From positions 96,001-160,000 of the forward strand of contig JAWLHJ010000002.1 of the NCBI GenBank assembly GCA_041690395.1: a DNA stretch of 64,000 bases, in the 5' to 3' direction. Below the pieces are notes generated by a model. The model was not told the origin of the DNA. It made no database searches and worked only from the letters and a program-made list of their open reading frames with translations. The position numbers were made by a program, and so were the translations under genes. This DNA is from Longimicrobiales bacterium (GTDB lineage: Bacteria > Gemmatimonadota > Gemmatimonadetes > Longimicrobiales > Gaopeijiaceae). This document shows positions 43,369-54,458 of this stretch, piece by piece (the first letter of the stretch is position 1; every line of letters starts with the position of its first letter).

Positions 43369-44598
43369 TTAAAAGAACTCTTTGAGCCAGGTGCCGAGCT
43401 TCGTGAGGACGCCCGACGTGGTCGTCGAGGCCCCCCTACCCGTCTCGGCGAAACGGTCCGCTCCCCACAGCGAGAGCCCGGCGGCGACCGCGAAGCGCGG
43501 GCGCCCGACGGAATCCGCGAGCCCACCCAGTCCTTCACCCGGCACACCGAGCCGGACCGGACAGGCGTAGATCTGTTGGGCCAACTCGACGAGGCCGGGG
43601 ATCGCCGCCGTGCCTCCGGTCAGCACGATGCCCGCGCCCAGTCGGTCCATCAGCCCCTTCTCGTCGAGCTCCTGATGGACGATCCCGAACAACTCGTCGA
43701 GCCGCTGCTCGATGATGTGCGCGATCAGCTCCCGGGCGACGGCCCGCGTCTGCCCCGGTGCCGGACCGGGCAGCTCCACGGTCTCGCGCGGGTCCACCAT
43801 CTGGGTCCAGGCGATGCCGAACTTCTCCTTGGCCCGTCGCGCCTCGGAGTACGGGATCGACAGCCCGCGCACGAGATCGGTCGTCAGCGTGGTGCCGCCC
43901 ACGGGGAGGATCGAGACGTGCTGGACCTTCCCCTCGTAGTAGGCCGCGATGTCCGTCGTGTTGGCCCCGATCTCGACCATCGCGACCCCGACTTCCTTCT
44001 CGTCCTCCGTGAGGACGGCGCGCGAGCCCGCCAGCGGCTCGAGCACCATCTCCTGCACCCGGTAGCCCGCTCGGTTCACCGCCTTGCGGATGTTGGCGGA
44101 GGCCGTGACCTGGCACGTCACGAGGAAGACCTCCGCCTCGAGCCGCACGCCGGCCATGCCGAGGGGGTCCTTGATGCCGCCCTGGAGATCCACGCGGTAT
44201 TCCTGGGGGATGGCGTGCACCATCTCCCGATCGGGCGGGAGCGCGACGGCGCGCGCGACGATGTGCACCCGCTCGACGTCGTCGGGGCTCACCTCGTCGT
44301 CCGAGACGGCCACGACGCCCATCGAGGTGGACGCGCGGACGTGGTCGCCGCCGATGCCGGCGTAGACACGGTCGACCGTGGCGCCGGCCATCAGCTCCGC
44401 CTCCTTCATGGCGGAGCGGACCGACTCGGTCATCTCGTCGATGTTGGTGACCATGTCGCCGCGGAGCCCACCCGTGCGGGCCTGGCCGACGCCGAGCACC
44501 GTGAGCCCCGGCCGGCGCGGGTCGGTGACGACCTCACCGATGACGGCGCACGTGTTCGAGGTCCCGATGTCGAGTCCGGCGATGAGATTGGAGCGCAT
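43369..44598 (-). CDS. ftsA: Cell division protein FtsA
   Basis: [20 protein letters not shown] and a C-terminal amphipathic WLKEFF. Confidence 0.96.
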   Translation of the reverse strand: MRSNLIAGLDIGTSNTCAVIGEVVTDPRRPGLTVLGVGQARTGGLRGDMVTNIDEMTESVRSAMKEAELMAGATVDRVYAGIGGDHVRASTSMGVVAVSDDEVSPDDVERVHIVARAVALPPDREMVHAIPQEYRVDLQGGIKDPLGMAGVRLEAEVFLVTCQVTASANIRKAVNRAGYRVQEMVLEPLAGSRAVLTEDEKEVGVAMVEIGANTTDIAAYYEGKVQHVSILPVGGTTLTTDLVRGLSIPYSEARRAKEKFGIAWTQMVDPRETVELPGPAPGQTRAVARELIAHIIEQRLDELFGIVHQELDEKGLMDRLGAGIVLTGGTAAIPGLVELAQQIYACPVRLGVPGEGLGGLADSVGRPRFAVAAGLSLWGADRFAETGRGASTTTSGVLTKLGTWLKEFF

Positions 44599-44608
44599 GG
44601 TTGTTCCG

Positions 44609-45343
44609 TCAGTCTCGGGTGCGGCGGACCACGACCTGGTCCGCGAATCTCAGATCGATCTCTTCCGGCGGATCGGTCGGCCTGGCCGCTACCGCGTCGG
44701 CGAGGGCGGCCAGCCCCTCCCGGAGCCGGACCGCGGACGTCCCCGGGGGGAGGAGGAAGTCCACCGGCGGCTCCGTCCAGCGAACCCGGAGCGATCCGTC
44801 GTCCCGCCATCCCATCTCGGATACGCGCTGGAGGAACGCGGTGTCCGCGCTCATCATCCGCCCGATCTCCCCGGCCAGCTCCCGCACCTCGCCCGGCACC
44901 AGGCGAGCGCCACGGGCAGGCGTCAGGCCGGTAGAAAGGACGGGCAGATCGAGCCGGTGGTGGGAGGGATCCACGGGAAGCCGATATCCCTCGGCGTCGA
45001 TGGGCTCGAGGGTCGGCGTGGGCGCGAGCGCGACCGGCTCTCGCTCGGTCACCGTCACGCGCAGTCCACCGGGGAACCGACGCGCGATCTCGACCGTGCG
45101 GATCATCGGATGACGCTCGATCCGCTCCGTCCACACGCTCTTCTCCTCCCAGATGGAGCTGGTCGGCTGCAGCGCCATCAGCCCCACGATCTCATCGGGC
45201 GAGACGAACGTCGCCCCGCTCACGTCCACGTCCCGCACGTGGAAGGTGCTGAGCCCCGCGAGCCATTCGCTCCCGTGCTCGACACTCAACAGCGTTCCGC
45301 CGGCCACGATTGCGCCGAGCAGGATCTTCAGATCCCTACGCAT
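44609..45343 (-). CDS. ftsQ: Cell division protein FtsQ/DivIB
   Basis: N-terminal TM, POTRA-like RRFPGGLRVTVTEREP, C-terminal IDLRF, and its position in dcw. Confidence 0.88.
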   Translation of the reverse strand: MRRDLKILLGAIVAGGTLLSVEHGSEWLAGLSTFHVRDVDVSGATFVSPDEIVGLMALQPTSSIWEEKSVWTERIERHPMIRTVEIARRFPGGLRVTVTEREPVALAPTPTLEPIDAEGYRLPVDPSHHRLDLPVLSTGLTPARGARLVPGEVRELAGEIGRMMSADTAFLQRVSEMGWRDDGSLRVRWTEPPVDFLLPPGTSAVRLREGLAALADAVAARPTDPPEEIDLRFADQVVVRRTRD

Positions 45344-46745
45344 GCGTCACCTCCCGCAGGCGCTCGAAGGCGTCCGGGGCGAGCGTCTCGATCGAGCCCG
45401 CCCCCATGGCGATGAGCACGTCTCCGTGCTCGAGCGTATCGACGAGCGTCGCGGCCAAGGTCGCGAGCGTCTCGTGGTAGCTAACGTCACGGGCCCCGGC
45501 CCCGCGGGCGTGCTCGGCGACCATCGCGCCCGTGACGCCCTCGATGGGGGCCTCCCGGGCCGGGAAGACGTCCGTGACCCACACCACGTCGGCGTCCGCG
45601 AGGGCTGCACCGAACTCCGCGGCGAAGTCCCGCGTGCGGGAGTACAGGTGGGGCTGGAAGGCCACGACCAGGCGGCGACCCGGGTAGGCCGCGCGCACCC
45701 CGGCGAGCGTCGCGCGGATCTCCGTCGGGTGGTGCGCGTAGTCGTCGATCACCGTAACCCCGCCCGCGTCGCCGAGCACGTCGAAGCGACGGCCGACGCC
45801 CTCGAAGGCGGAGAGCGCGTGCTTCACGTGGGCCCAATCGACTCCGAGATGGCGCGCGGTCGCGGCCGCCGCGAGGGCGTTGAGCAGGTTGTGGGTGCCG
45901 GGCAGGGACAGCTCGAGGGTGCCCCGGGACCGACCCTCCTCCACCACCGTGCACCACGTGCGCCCGTCGCGCACCTCGATGTCGGTCGCCCGGAGCATGG
46001 CGCCGGCGACGGTGCCATAGGTGTAGCCGATGCCGGCGAACTCGGGGAGCAGCTTCGACGCCCCGTGGTCGTCCGCGCACACGATGACGCGTCCCCCCGG
46101 CTTCACCCCTCGGAGAAAGCGTCGGAAGCCGTCCCGGACGCCCTCGAGGTCTCCGTAGATGTCGAGGTGGTCGGCCTCCAGGTTCGTGACGATCGCCACG
46201 TCGGGGCGGAGCGTCAGGAACGAGCGGTCGTATTCGTCGGCCTCGACCACGAAGAGCTGGTCCCCGCCGCGGCGGAGATTCCCGCCCCAACCGGACACCC
46301 GCCCGCCCACGAGGCCGGTCGGATCGAGCCCGGCCGCGGCCAGGACCTCTGTGGTCATCGCGGTCGTGGTCGTCTTGCCGTGCGTGCCGGCCACGCCGAC
46401 CACTTGCCCGGCCTCGACCCACGCGCCGAGCGCCTCCGCGCGCTTGAAGACGGGCACGCCGAGCTCCCGGGCGCGAGCGAGCTCGGGATGCTCGGCGGGA
46501 ACTGCGGAAGTGACGATCAGCGCCGAGGCTCCGTCGACGTGCGCCGGGTCGTGACCCATGTGCACCGTGGCGCCCAATGCCTCCAGATCGACGACACCGG
46601 ATCCGCGCTTCACGTCACACCCCGTGACGGTCACGCCCTCGCGGACGAGGAGCTCGGCGAGCGCGCACATGCCGGCACCGCCGACGCCCATGAAGTGGAC
46701 CGGTCCGGAGGCGGCGAGCGCCCTGAGGCGGGTGCGGTCGATCAT
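45336..46745 (-). CDS. murC: UDP-N-acetylmuramate--L-alanine ligase
   Basis: HFMGVGGAGM, GTHGKTTT, EADEYD, DDYAHHPTE and FQPH motifs. Confidence 0.96.
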   Translation of the reverse strand: MIDRTRLRALAASGPVHFMGVGGAGMCALAELLVREGVTVTGCDVKRGSGVVDLEALGATVHMGHDPAHVDGASALIVTSAVPAEHPELARARELGVPVFKRAEALGAWVEAGQVVGVAGTHGKTTTTAMTTEVLAAAGLDPTGLVGGRVSGWGGNLRRGGDQLFVVEADEYDRSFLTLRPDVAIVTNLEADHLDIYGDLEGVRDGFRRFLRGVKPGGRVIVCADDHGASKLLPEFAGIGYTYGTVAGAMLRATDIEVRDGRTWCTVVEEGRSRGTLELSLPGTHNLLNALAAAATARHLGVDWAHVKHALSAFEGVGRRFDVLGDAGGVTVIDDYAHHPTEIRATLAGVRAAYPGRRLVVAFQPHLYSRTRDFAAEFGAALADADVVWVTDVFPAREAPIEGVTGAMVAEHARGAGARDVSYHETLATLAATLVDTLEHGDVLIAMGAGSIETLAPDAFERLREVTHA

Positions 46746-47890
46746 CACGCCGCCTCCGTTCCGGACGTCATGCAGCGAGCCACGGACTCCGCGATCCGGC
46801 GGGCGGCCTCGGGACGTGCCAGTCCCAGCGCCGCACGCCGCATCGCGGCGAGGCGCGGAGCATCGGAGGTCAGGCTCGCCACGGCACCCCAGAGCCGAGC
46901 CGGCGTGAGCTCGGACTGGGGGAGCACGACGGCCGCTCCGGCCGCGGCGAGCGACTCGGCATTGCGCGTCTGGTGGTCCTCGGCTGCGCTCGGGAGCGGT
47001 ACCAGGACGGCCGGCAGACCCTCGACCAGCAGCTCGGCGGTGAAGGTGGCGCCCGCGCGCGCCAGAGCCAGGTCCGACGCGACCAACGCGACGGGCATGT
47101 CGTCGATGTACGGCACGGGCACGACCCACTCGGCGGCCTCCCCCATCGCCTCGAGCTCGTCCCGGATGCCCTCGTGATGAGCGGGTCCGGTGGCCCAGAG
47201 GACGTGGAGGCCCTCCACCCGATCGAACGATCCGGCGGCGACCGACCGCACCGCTCCGAGGAGCGCGTCGTTCACGGCGCGCGCTCCCTGACTTCCGCCG
47301 ACGACGAGCAGCACCGTGGAAGCCTCGGGCAGGTCGAGGCGCGTGCGTGCCTGTCCCCGCTCGATCTCACTGCGCGGCCGTACCGGGTTGCCGCTCACGG
47401 CCGTGCGCTCGCGGCCCGCCGGCAGGCGGTCCACCGCTTCGGGGAACGCGACGTGGATGCGGGCGGCCCACCGGCTGAGAAGCTTGGTGACCAGGCCCGG
47501 CACGGCGTTCGGCTCCTGCAGGACGAGCGGCGTCCCCGTGAGCACGGCCGCGATGCCAGCGGGCGCGCTGGCGTATCCGCCGGTCACAACGACGGCCTCG
47601 GGCCGGAGCTCGGCGAAGAGGCGAAGCGTCCGGACGATCGAGCCCACGATCCCGGCGACGCCGAGCAGGCTCCGCGCGGGGCGGGAGCGATCGAGCCCCT
47701 GCACCGGAAGCAGGAGGTGCCACTCCCCACGCTCGGCCAGGATCCGTCCCTCGATCCCACGGCGCGAGCCGACGAAGAGAGCCCGCACGTCGGGACGGAG
47801 CGAGCGGAGCTCGTCCGCGACCGCGAGGGCCGGATAGAGGTGCCCTCCCGTGCCACCGCCTGAGAATACCACGACCCGACGATCATGCAC
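46745..47890 (-). CDS. murG: Lipid II GlcNAc transferase MurG
   Basis: GGGTGGHLYP, TGGY, GNPVR, GGSQGA and HQTRNA motifs. GTG 47890 has an SD (GGAGG). Confidence 0.96.
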   Translation of the reverse strand: MHDRRVVVFSGGGTGGHLYPALAVADELRSLRPDVRALFVGSRRGIEGRILAERGEWHLLLPVQGLDRSRPARSLLGVAGIVGSIVRTLRLFAELRPEAVVVTGGYASAPAGIAAVLTGTPLVLQEPNAVPGLVTKLLSRWAARIHVAFPEAVDRLPAGRERTAVSGNPVRPRSEIERGQARTRLDLPEASTVLLVVGGSQGARAVNDALLGAVRSVAAGSFDRVEGLHVLWATGPAHHEGIRDELEAMGEAAEWVVPVPYIDDMPVALVASDLALARAGATFTAELLVEGLPAVLVPLPSAAEDHQTRNAESLAAAGAAVVLPQSELTPARLWGAVASLTSDAPRLAAMRRAALGLARPEAARRIAESVARCMTSGTEAA

Positions 47891-49085
47891 GGGCCCTCCT
47901 TCCCACCTGGCGCCGACCGGCACCGGCGCCACGTCCGGAGGCCCGGGCGACCGACATCAGCATTCCCAGGGCGACGCACGTCACGAGCAGGTTCGAGCGT
48001 CCGTACGAGACCAACGGGAGCGAGAGGCCCGTCGCCGGCAGGAGCGCCAGGCCGACCGCCATGTGCAGCAGTGCCTGCAGGGCGATGAGGCTGGTCAGCC
48101 CGATGGCGAGGAGCTCCCCGAACAGGTCGGGCGCCCGACCGGCCACGCGGAATCCGACCAGCACGATCGCGGCGTACAGGGACACCAGGATGAGCACCCC
48201 GACCAGCCCCCACTCCTCGCCGATCATCGCGAAGATGAAGTCGTTGTGGGCCTCCGGCAGGAATCCGAACTTCTGCCGCCCCTCCCCGATGCCGACGCCG
48301 TACAGCCCTCCCGAGCCCAGCGCCACGAGCGACTGGCGGACCTGGAAGCCGGATCCCATGGGATCCGAGAGCGGATCGAGGAACGTGGCGAGCCGCTCCG
48401 CACGGAAGCCGACCGAGAGCTGGTCGCGGAGCACGGGCACCGCGATCAGGGCCAGGAAGGCGAAGTGAGCGATCCGCCCTCCGGCGCAGAACAGGATGAG
48501 CGCGCCGAGCAGCCCGATGAGGAAGGCCGTGGAGAGATCCGGCTGCAGCGCGATCAATCCGAGCACGACCGCCCAGACCACGAGGAACGGCAATAACCCG
48601 CGGGAGAGCGACTTGAAGTGTGGCCCCTTCCGGACCGCGAGCGCCGCGGTCCAGACGACGACGGCGATCTTCGCGAACTCCGACGGCTGGAGCGTCACGC
48701 CCAGGGTCAGCCAGCGACGCGCGCCGTTGATCTCGGGGGCGATCGAGTGCGTCCAGGGGAGGACGACCAGGATCAGTGCGACGAGCGTCACGGCGAGTAG
48801 CGGCCACGCCAGATGGGCCCAGGCCCGATACGGGAGCGCGGCGCACCCGGCGAGCGCGACGAGCCCGACCGCGGCGCCGATCGCCTGCCGGAACAGGTAG
48901 TACGTGTCGGGGAGGTCCTGCCGCATCGCGAGCACGGACGACGCGCTGTACAGCACGACCAAGCCCCAGGCCACGAGGACGACGGTGGCGCAGAAGAGGA
49001 CGGCGGCCTCCCAACCCCGGCCGAGGCCCGCATCGGGCAGCTGGACCGGGCGGGTCGGGGCGACGTCGAGGGGGCGGGCGCTCAC
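47883..49085 (-). CDS. ftsW: SEDS peptidoglycan polymerase FtsW
   Basis: NGARRW, QPSEFAK, QPDLST, PEAHNDFIF and GEEWG motifs; multiple TM segments. Confidence 0.95.
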   Translation of the reverse strand: MSARPLDVAPTRPVQLPDAGLGRGWEAAVLFCATVVLVAWGLVVLYSASSVLAMRQDLPDTYYLFRQAIGAAVGLVALAGCAALPYRAWAHLAWPLLAVTLVALILVVLPWTHSIAPEINGARRWLTLGVTLQPSEFAKIAVVVWTAALAVRKGPHFKSLSRGLLPFLVVWAVVLGLIALQPDLSTAFLIGLLGALILFCAGGRIAHFAFLALIAVPVLRDQLSVGFRAERLATFLDPLSDPMGSGFQVRQSLVALGSGGLYGVGIGEGRQKFGFLPEAHNDFIFAMIGEEWGLVGVLILVSLYAAIVLVGFRVAGRAPDLFGELLAIGLTSLIALQALLHMAVGLALLPATGLSLPLVSYGRSNLLVTCVALGMLMSVARASGRGAGAGRRQVGRRARA

Positions 49086-50476
49086 GCGACCTCCCGGGCC
49101 AGATCGGTGAAGACGCGGCCACGGTGCTCGTAGCTGTCGAACATGTCGAAGCTCGAGCAGGCGGGAGAAAGGAGCACGACGTCGCCCCGGCGGGCGCATG
49201 CAGCGGCGCGGCGCACGACCGTCTCGAAGTCGCTCGCGAGTCGCTCGACGCTCGTCGCGTCTCCGAGCTCGTCGGCGATCCGCTCGCCGACCGCTCCGAA
49301 TGCGAGGACGACGCGGGCGTGCTCCGCGAGGAGGGGTCCGAGCGGCCGGAAGTCTTCGCCCTTGTCCTTGCCGCCCAAAAGCACGACCGCCGGCCGGTCC
49401 AGGCTCGCCAGCGCGCTGGCCGCCGCCGAGACGTTGGTGGCCTTGGAGTCGTTCACCCAGAGCACGCCGTCCCGATCGAGGACCGGCTCCATGCGGTGCG
49501 GAAGGGGGCGTGCGGTGCGGAGTCCCTCGCGGATGCCCTCGACGGGGGCGCCGGCCAGGCGGGCCACCAGTGCCGCGGTCAGCCCGTTCCTGAGATTGTG
49601 GCGTCCCATGAGCGGGAAGTGGGCGGCCGCCAGGAGCGGCTCGTCCGACTCCGCGACGCGTAGTGTCAGGACGCCGTCCCGCACGAAGGCGTGCGCGCCG
49701 ACGTCGTCGTGGGAGAACGTGTAGCGACGGCCGGGCGCGTCCCCCGCGAGCGCTTCGACCTCGGCGTCCCCGAACGGAAGGACCCAGACGCAGGCCTCGT
49801 CGGCGTTCTCGAAGAGGCGCGCCTTGTCCGCGTAGTACGCGTCCAGGGACGGGTAACGGTCGAGGTGGTCGGGCGAGAGGCCAGTCACGACACCGATATC
49901 GGGCCGGAACGTGTCCACGTCGGCGAGCTGGAACGAGCTCATCTCGAGCACGTACCAGTCGGGCGCGTCTTCCCGGAGCGCGAGATCGGAGGCGGCGGGC
50001 GCGAGCCCACCCCCCACGTTCCCGCCCACCGCCGCGTCCATCCCCGACGAGGCGAGAAGGTGTCCCACCAAGAGCGTGGTGGTCGTCTTCCCGTTGGTTC
50101 CGGTCACGGCGATCAGTGGAGCGCCGTAGAACCGAACGGCGAGCTCAGGCTCGCTGATCCAACGCACGCCCCGCGCTCGGAGATCTCCGAGCACCGGAGC
50201 GTCCGGCGGGATTCCGGGGCTGACCACGACGAGTCCGGCGCCAGCCAGCCACTCGAAGTCGTGTCCACCGAGCTCCACCCGCGCTCCCGCGGATTCGAGG
50301 TCGGCTCCACGAGCTGCAGTTGCGGCGTCAGTGCGCAGATCCGAGACATAGACGTCTCCTCCCTTGGCGAGGGCCAGTCGGGCGGCGGCGATACCGCTCG
50401 CTCCGAGGCCGATGACGGCCACGCGCGTTCCGGCGAGATCCCCCGCCGCAGAGCCGTGGGCCTGAGTTCGCATCAT
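49082..50476 (-). CDS. murD: UDP-MurNAc-L-Ala--D-glutamate ligase
   Basis: TGTNGKTT, EMSSFQL, NDSKATN and LSPACSSFD motifs. Confidence 0.96.
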   Translation of the reverse strand: MMRTQAHGSAAGDLAGTRVAVIGLGASGIAAARLALAKGGDVYVSDLRTDAATAARGADLESAGARVELGGHDFEWLAGAGLVVVSPGIPPDAPVLGDLRARGVRWISEPELAVRFYGAPLIAVTGTNGKTTTTLLVGHLLASSGMDAAVGGNVGGGLAPAASDLALREDAPDWYVLEMSSFQLADVDTFRPDIGVVTGLSPDHLDRYPSLDAYYADKARLFENADEACVWVLPFGDAEVEALAGDAPGRRYTFSHDDVGAHAFVRDGVLTLRVAESDEPLLAAAHFPLMGRHNLRNGLTAALVARLAGAPVEGIREGLRTARPLPHRMEPVLDRDGVLWVNDSKATNVSAAASALASLDRPAVVLLGGKDKGEDFRPLGPLLAEHARVVLAFGAVGERIADELGDATSVERLASDFETVVRRAAACARRGDVVLLSPACSSFDMFDSYEHRGRVFTDLAREVA

Positions 50477-50482
50477 GTCCGC

Positions 50483-51589
50483 TCACCGGATCTTGAGGGT
50501 GCTGATGGCGACCATCGCGCACATCAGTCCGAGGATCCAGAAGCGCACGACCACCTTGGTTTCGGGCCACCCGAGCTTCTCGAAGTGGTGGTGGATGGGC
50601 GCCATTCTGAAGATCCGGCGCCCTTCCCCGTACCGGGCCCGGGTGTACTTGAAGTACGACGTCTGCAGGATCACGGAGAGCGTCTCCATCACGAACACGC
50701 CTCCCACGATGACCAGCAGGAACTCGCCCTTGAGCAGGATCGCCATCACCCCGATGGCGCCCCCGAGCGCGAGCGACCCGGTGTCGCCCATGAAGACCTC
50801 GGCGGGGTGCGCGTTGAACCAGAGGAAGCCCACGGCCGCGCCGGCGAGGGCGACGGCGAAGATCGTCAGCTCCCCTGCTCCGGGCAGATAGAAGAAGCCG
50901 AGGTACGCCGACGTGTCGACGCGGCCGGCGATGTAGGCGAAGATCCCGAACGTCGCGGCCGCGATGGCGGTCAGTCCCGCGGCCAGCCCGTCCAGGCCGT
51001 CGGTCAGGTTCACGGCGTTCGAGGAGCCCGAGACGACGGCTCCGGTGAAGAGCACGAACACGGGCGCGAAGAACGCAGCGGCCACGTCCGAGAAGAAGGG
51101 CACCGTGGTCCAGGTGGTCGGATGCGGCGAGATGGGATTCCAGAGCAGGAACGCGCCGAGCGCGAGCCCGAACGTCCACTGCCCCACCATCTTGTACCGT
51201 CCGATGAGTCCGCGGGACTTCCCCTGGACGACCTTCAGGTAGTCGTCCAAGAATCCGATCGCGCCCATCCACAGCAGCGAGATCACTGCGACGACCGTGT
51301 ACCAGTTGGTCAGCTGGGCCCAGAGCAGCGTCGAAAGCGTCGCCGACGCGATGATGATGAGCCCGCCCATGGTGGGGGTCCCCGCCTTCACCAGGTGCGA
51401 CTCCGGCCCGACGTCCCGAACGACCTGCCCCACACGCGCGGCTTCGAGCCGGCGGATGACCGGAGGGCCGAACGCGAACGCGATGAGCAGTGCCGTCACC
51501 ATGGCGCCGGCCGCTCGGAAGGTGATATAGACGAAGACGTTGAAGACGACGTGCACGTCCGAGAGCGGCGGAAGGAGATGGTAGAGCAT
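50483..51589 (-). CDS. mraY: Phospho-MurNAc-pentapeptide transferase
   Basis: KAGTPTMGG, DDYLK, NLTDGLDGL, FMGDTGS and APIHHHFE motifs. Confidence 0.97.
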   Translation of the reverse strand: MLYHLLPPLSDVHVVFNVFVYITFRAAGAMVTALLIAFAFGPPVIRRLEAARVGQVVRDVGPESHLVKAGTPTMGGLIIIASATLSTLLWAQLTNWYTVVAVISLLWMGAIGFLDDYLKVVQGKSRGLIGRYKMVGQWTFGLALGAFLLWNPISPHPTTWTTVPFFSDVAAAFFAPVFVLFTGAVVSGSSNAVNLTDGLDGLAAGLTAIAAATFGIFAYIAGRVDTSAYLGFFYLPGAGELTIFAVALAGAAVGFLWFNAHPAEVFMGDTGSLALGGAIGVMAILLKGEFLLVIVGGVFVMETLSVILQTSYFKYTRARYGEGRRIFRMAPIHHHFEKLGWPETKVVVRFWILGLMCAMVAISTLKIR

Positions 51590-52986
51590 CAGCCTCGCGC
51601 CTCTTCGGTTTCGTCGGGGCCGAAGTCGGCCTCGAGAAGGTCGAGCATGCCCTCGAGCGCGACCCCGCGCGACGCCTTGAGGAGGACGACCTCCTCGCCC
51701 GCGAGGCGTTCCTTCAGGAGCGGATACCCGCTCCGCCAATCCTCGGCGATCAGGACACGATCCGACGGAGTCGCCATGCGCTCCGCGGCCTCGGCGAAGC
51801 CGCCGACCGCCAGCACGACGTCGATATCACGAGCAAGCGCGTCGGCGAGCACCTCGTCATGGTACCGGGCCGAGGCATCGCCCAACTCCAGCATCGTGCC
51901 GAGCACCGCGGCACGGCCGTTCGGAGCTCCGTAGACCTCGAGGAGCTCGAGCGCCGCGCGCGCGCTCTGCGGGTTCGCGTTGTAGCAGTCCACGAGAACG
52001 GTGAGGCCCCCGATGGTCCGCGTCTGGCCACGCATTCCCGCGGTGGAGGCCCCCTCCAGGCCCTGGGCGGCCTTGGCCGCCGGCACCCCGAGAAGATCGG
52101 CCACGGTGAGCGCCAGCAGCGCGTTCGCCACCGCGTGCCTCCCCGGCATGGGGACCGATACGACGTGCCCGTGCCACCGGAATCGATACCGTCCGAAAGC
52201 GTCGACCTCGGCCCCGGTCGGGCGTGCCCGCTCGTCGGCCCGGTTGCTCCACCCCGCCACGCGTACCTGCGGCATGATGCGCCGCGCCTCCTCCACCAGA
52301 CTGGTCGGTTCGTCGCCAACGACCGCCTTGGCTCCCTTGGGTAGCACCCGAAGGAGGTCCAGCTTCTCACGCAGGACGCCCTCCACCGAGCCCAACCCCT
52401 CCAGGTGGCTCGCGCCGACCGTCGTCACCACGCCCACGTCCGGGCTCACGATCTCGGTCAGCGCCCGGATCTCGCCCGGCTCGCTGGTTCCGAGCTCCAC
52501 GACGACGGCTTCCGACTCCTGCGGAGCCTCGAGGAGCGTGAGCGGCACACCCACCCGGTTGTTACGATTCCCCCGCGTCGCGTGCGTCCGGCGAGCGGTC
52601 GCGAGCGCTGCCGCCAGGAAGTCCTTGGTCGTGGTCTTCCCGCTCGACCCCGTGATGGCGACCACGGGACAGTCGAGGTGCATCCGCCGGTGGTGCGCGA
52701 GGCGGCCGAGGGCGACCAGCGTGTCGTCGACGGGATACGTGACGATGTCGCGCGCGGCGGGGAGAGCACGGGACACCACGACGGCGCGCGCGCCCCCCGC
52801 GACCGCGTCGGCCACGAAGTCGTGCCCGTCGAAGCGGTCGCCGGACAGCGCCAGATAGAGCGCGCCGGGCTGGAGCGTCCTCGTATCGGTCGAGATCTCC
52901 GTGAATCGCAGGCCGTCCCGGGCCAGGTCGAGCCGGAGCCCGAGGGCGCTCCGCACTTCCAGGTCGGTCCACGCGAAGGCCGTCAT
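51589..52986 (-). CDS. murF: UDP-MurNAc-tripeptide--D-Ala-D-Ala ligase
   Basis: DGHDF, TGSSGKTTTK, DCYNANP and LKASRG motifs. Confidence 0.95.
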   Translation of the reverse strand: MTAFAWTDLEVRSALGLRLDLARDGLRFTEISTDTRTLQPGALYLALSGDRFDGHDFVADAVAGGARAVVVSRALPAARDIVTYPVDDTLVALGRLAHHRRMHLDCPVVAITGSSGKTTTKDFLAAALATARRTHATRGNRNNRVGVPLTLLEAPQESEAVVVELGTSEPGEIRALTEIVSPDVGVVTTVGASHLEGLGSVEGVLREKLDLLRVLPKGAKAVVGDEPTSLVEEARRIMPQVRVAGWSNRADERARPTGAEVDAFGRYRFRWHGHVVSVPMPGRHAVANALLALTVADLLGVPAAKAAQGLEGASTAGMRGQTRTIGGLTVLVDCYNANPQSARAALELLEVYGAPNGRAAVLGTMLELGDASARYHDEVLADALARDIDVVLAVGGFAEAAERMATPSDRVLIAEDWRSGYPLLKERLAGEEVVLLKASRGVALEGMLDLLEADFGPDETEEARG

Positions 52987-54458
52987 ACGCCCCCCACTTC
53001 CTCGAGGGCGGCGCGCAGATGGACGCGCTCGTCGAACGGACGCTTTTCCCGGCCGATCACCTGGTACGTCTCGTGCCCCTTACCGGCCAGGACGACCGTG
53101 TCGCCGGGCCGGGCGAGGGCGACCGCGCGCCGGATGGCGTCACCCCGGTCGGCGATGCGCTCATGCGGCACCGTCCCGAGGCCTTCTTCCAGATCGTCCA
53201 GGATCCGCTCCGGATCCTCGGTGCGGGGATTGTCGGAGGTGAGCACGATCACGTCCGCGTGTCGCGCGACCGCCTCGGCCATGGGCCGCCGCTTGGCCCG
53301 GTCCCGGTCCCCACCGGCGCCGAACAGCACGATCAGGCGTCCTTCGGTGAGGGGACGCACGGCCCGGAGCATCCCTTCGAGCGCAGCGGGCGTGTGCGCG
53401 AAGTCGATCAGGACGGTGAAGTCGCCAGACCATGCCACCTCGAGCCGTCCAGGAACGTGCGAAGCCCGGCCGAGCCCCGCGACGACGGCGTCGATCTCGA
53501 GACCGAGCGCGTGAGCGGCGGCCGCGGCGGCCAGGGCGTTCTCCACGTTGTACCGCCCGGGGAGCGCGAGCCGCGCGGGCCGTCGCTCGCCCCCGATCCG
53601 GAGCGTGAAGGACGAGCCGTCCGTACCGAGCTCGAGGTCGCTGGCGGCCACGTCGGCCGGACCCTCGACGGCGTAGGTGACCAGCCGACGACCGGCAGGG
53701 TCCAGCCCGTCCCAGGCGGGCTCCCCTCGATTGACGGCCACGGTGCCTTCCGGGGCCACCAGATGGACGAGGCGGACCTTGGCAGCCCGATACGCCTCCA
53801 TGTCCGGGTGATAGTCCAGGTGGTCCTGCGACAGGTTCGTGAACACGGCCACGTCGAAGGACATCCCGTCGAGCCTGCGCTGGTCGAGGGCATGCGACGA
53901 CGCTTCGAGGACGACAGCCTCGAAGCCCTCGTCGACGAGGTCGCGCAACCAGCGGGCGAGCTGGACCGGACCGGGCGTGGTCAGCGATTCGGTCCCCGGC
54001 CGCACCCCATCGTCGTCCATCAGGCCGAGCGTCCCGATGACGGCCGTCCGCATGCTCGCCCGGAGGATCTCGCGAACGAGGAGCGCGGTGGTCGTTTTCC
54101 CGTTGGTCCCCGTGATGCCGACCGCCTTGAGCGAATCGGAGGGGAAGCCCAGAACCCCGGCAGCGGCGAGCGCGCCGGCGCGACGCCCGTCCGTCACGAC
54201 CAGCTGCGGCAGGTCCAGATCGAGGGGACGCTCCACGACCGAGGCGACCGCGCCCCGCGCCGCCGCCTCGGCTACGTGGTCGTGACCGTCGTGAGCGGTG
54301 CCCTTCCACGCGAGGAAGAGGTCGCCGGCCGCGACCGTTCGGGAGTCCTGTGATACGCCCTGAACGGAGACGTCCCCCGCGCCGCGCGTCTCCGTGAGGA
54401 GGCCAGCAGACCGGAGGACGTCGCCCACCGCGCCGAGGGACCGCAGGGCGTCAGTCAT
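52983..54458 (-). CDS. murE: UDP-MurNAc-L-Ala-D-Glu--meso-DAP ligase
   Basis: TGTNGKTT, EASSH, DHLDYH, DFAHTP, DNPR (meso-DAP specificity) and GKGHE motifs. Confidence 0.96.
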   Translation of the reverse strand: MTDALRSLGAVGDVLRSAGLLTETRGAGDVSVQGVSQDSRTVAAGDLFLAWKGTAHDGHDHVAEAAARGAVASVVERPLDLDLPQLVVTDGRRAGALAAAGVLGFPSDSLKAVGITGTNGKTTTALLVREILRASMRTAVIGTLGLMDDDGVRPGTESLTTPGPVQLARWLRDLVDEGFEAVVLEASSHALDQRRLDGMSFDVAVFTNLSQDHLDYHPDMEAYRAAKVRLVHLVAPEGTVAVNRGEPAWDGLDPAGRRLVTYAVEGPADVAASDLELGTDGSSFTLRIGGERRPARLALPGRYNVENALAAAAAAHALGLEIDAVVAGLGRASHVPGRLEVAWSGDFTVLIDFAHTPAALEGMLRAVRPLTEGRLIVLFGAGGDRDRAKRRPMAEAVARHADVIVLTSDNPRTEDPERILDDLEEGLGTVPHERIADRGDAIRRAVALARPGDTVVLAGKGHETYQVIGREKRPFDERVHLRAALEEVGGV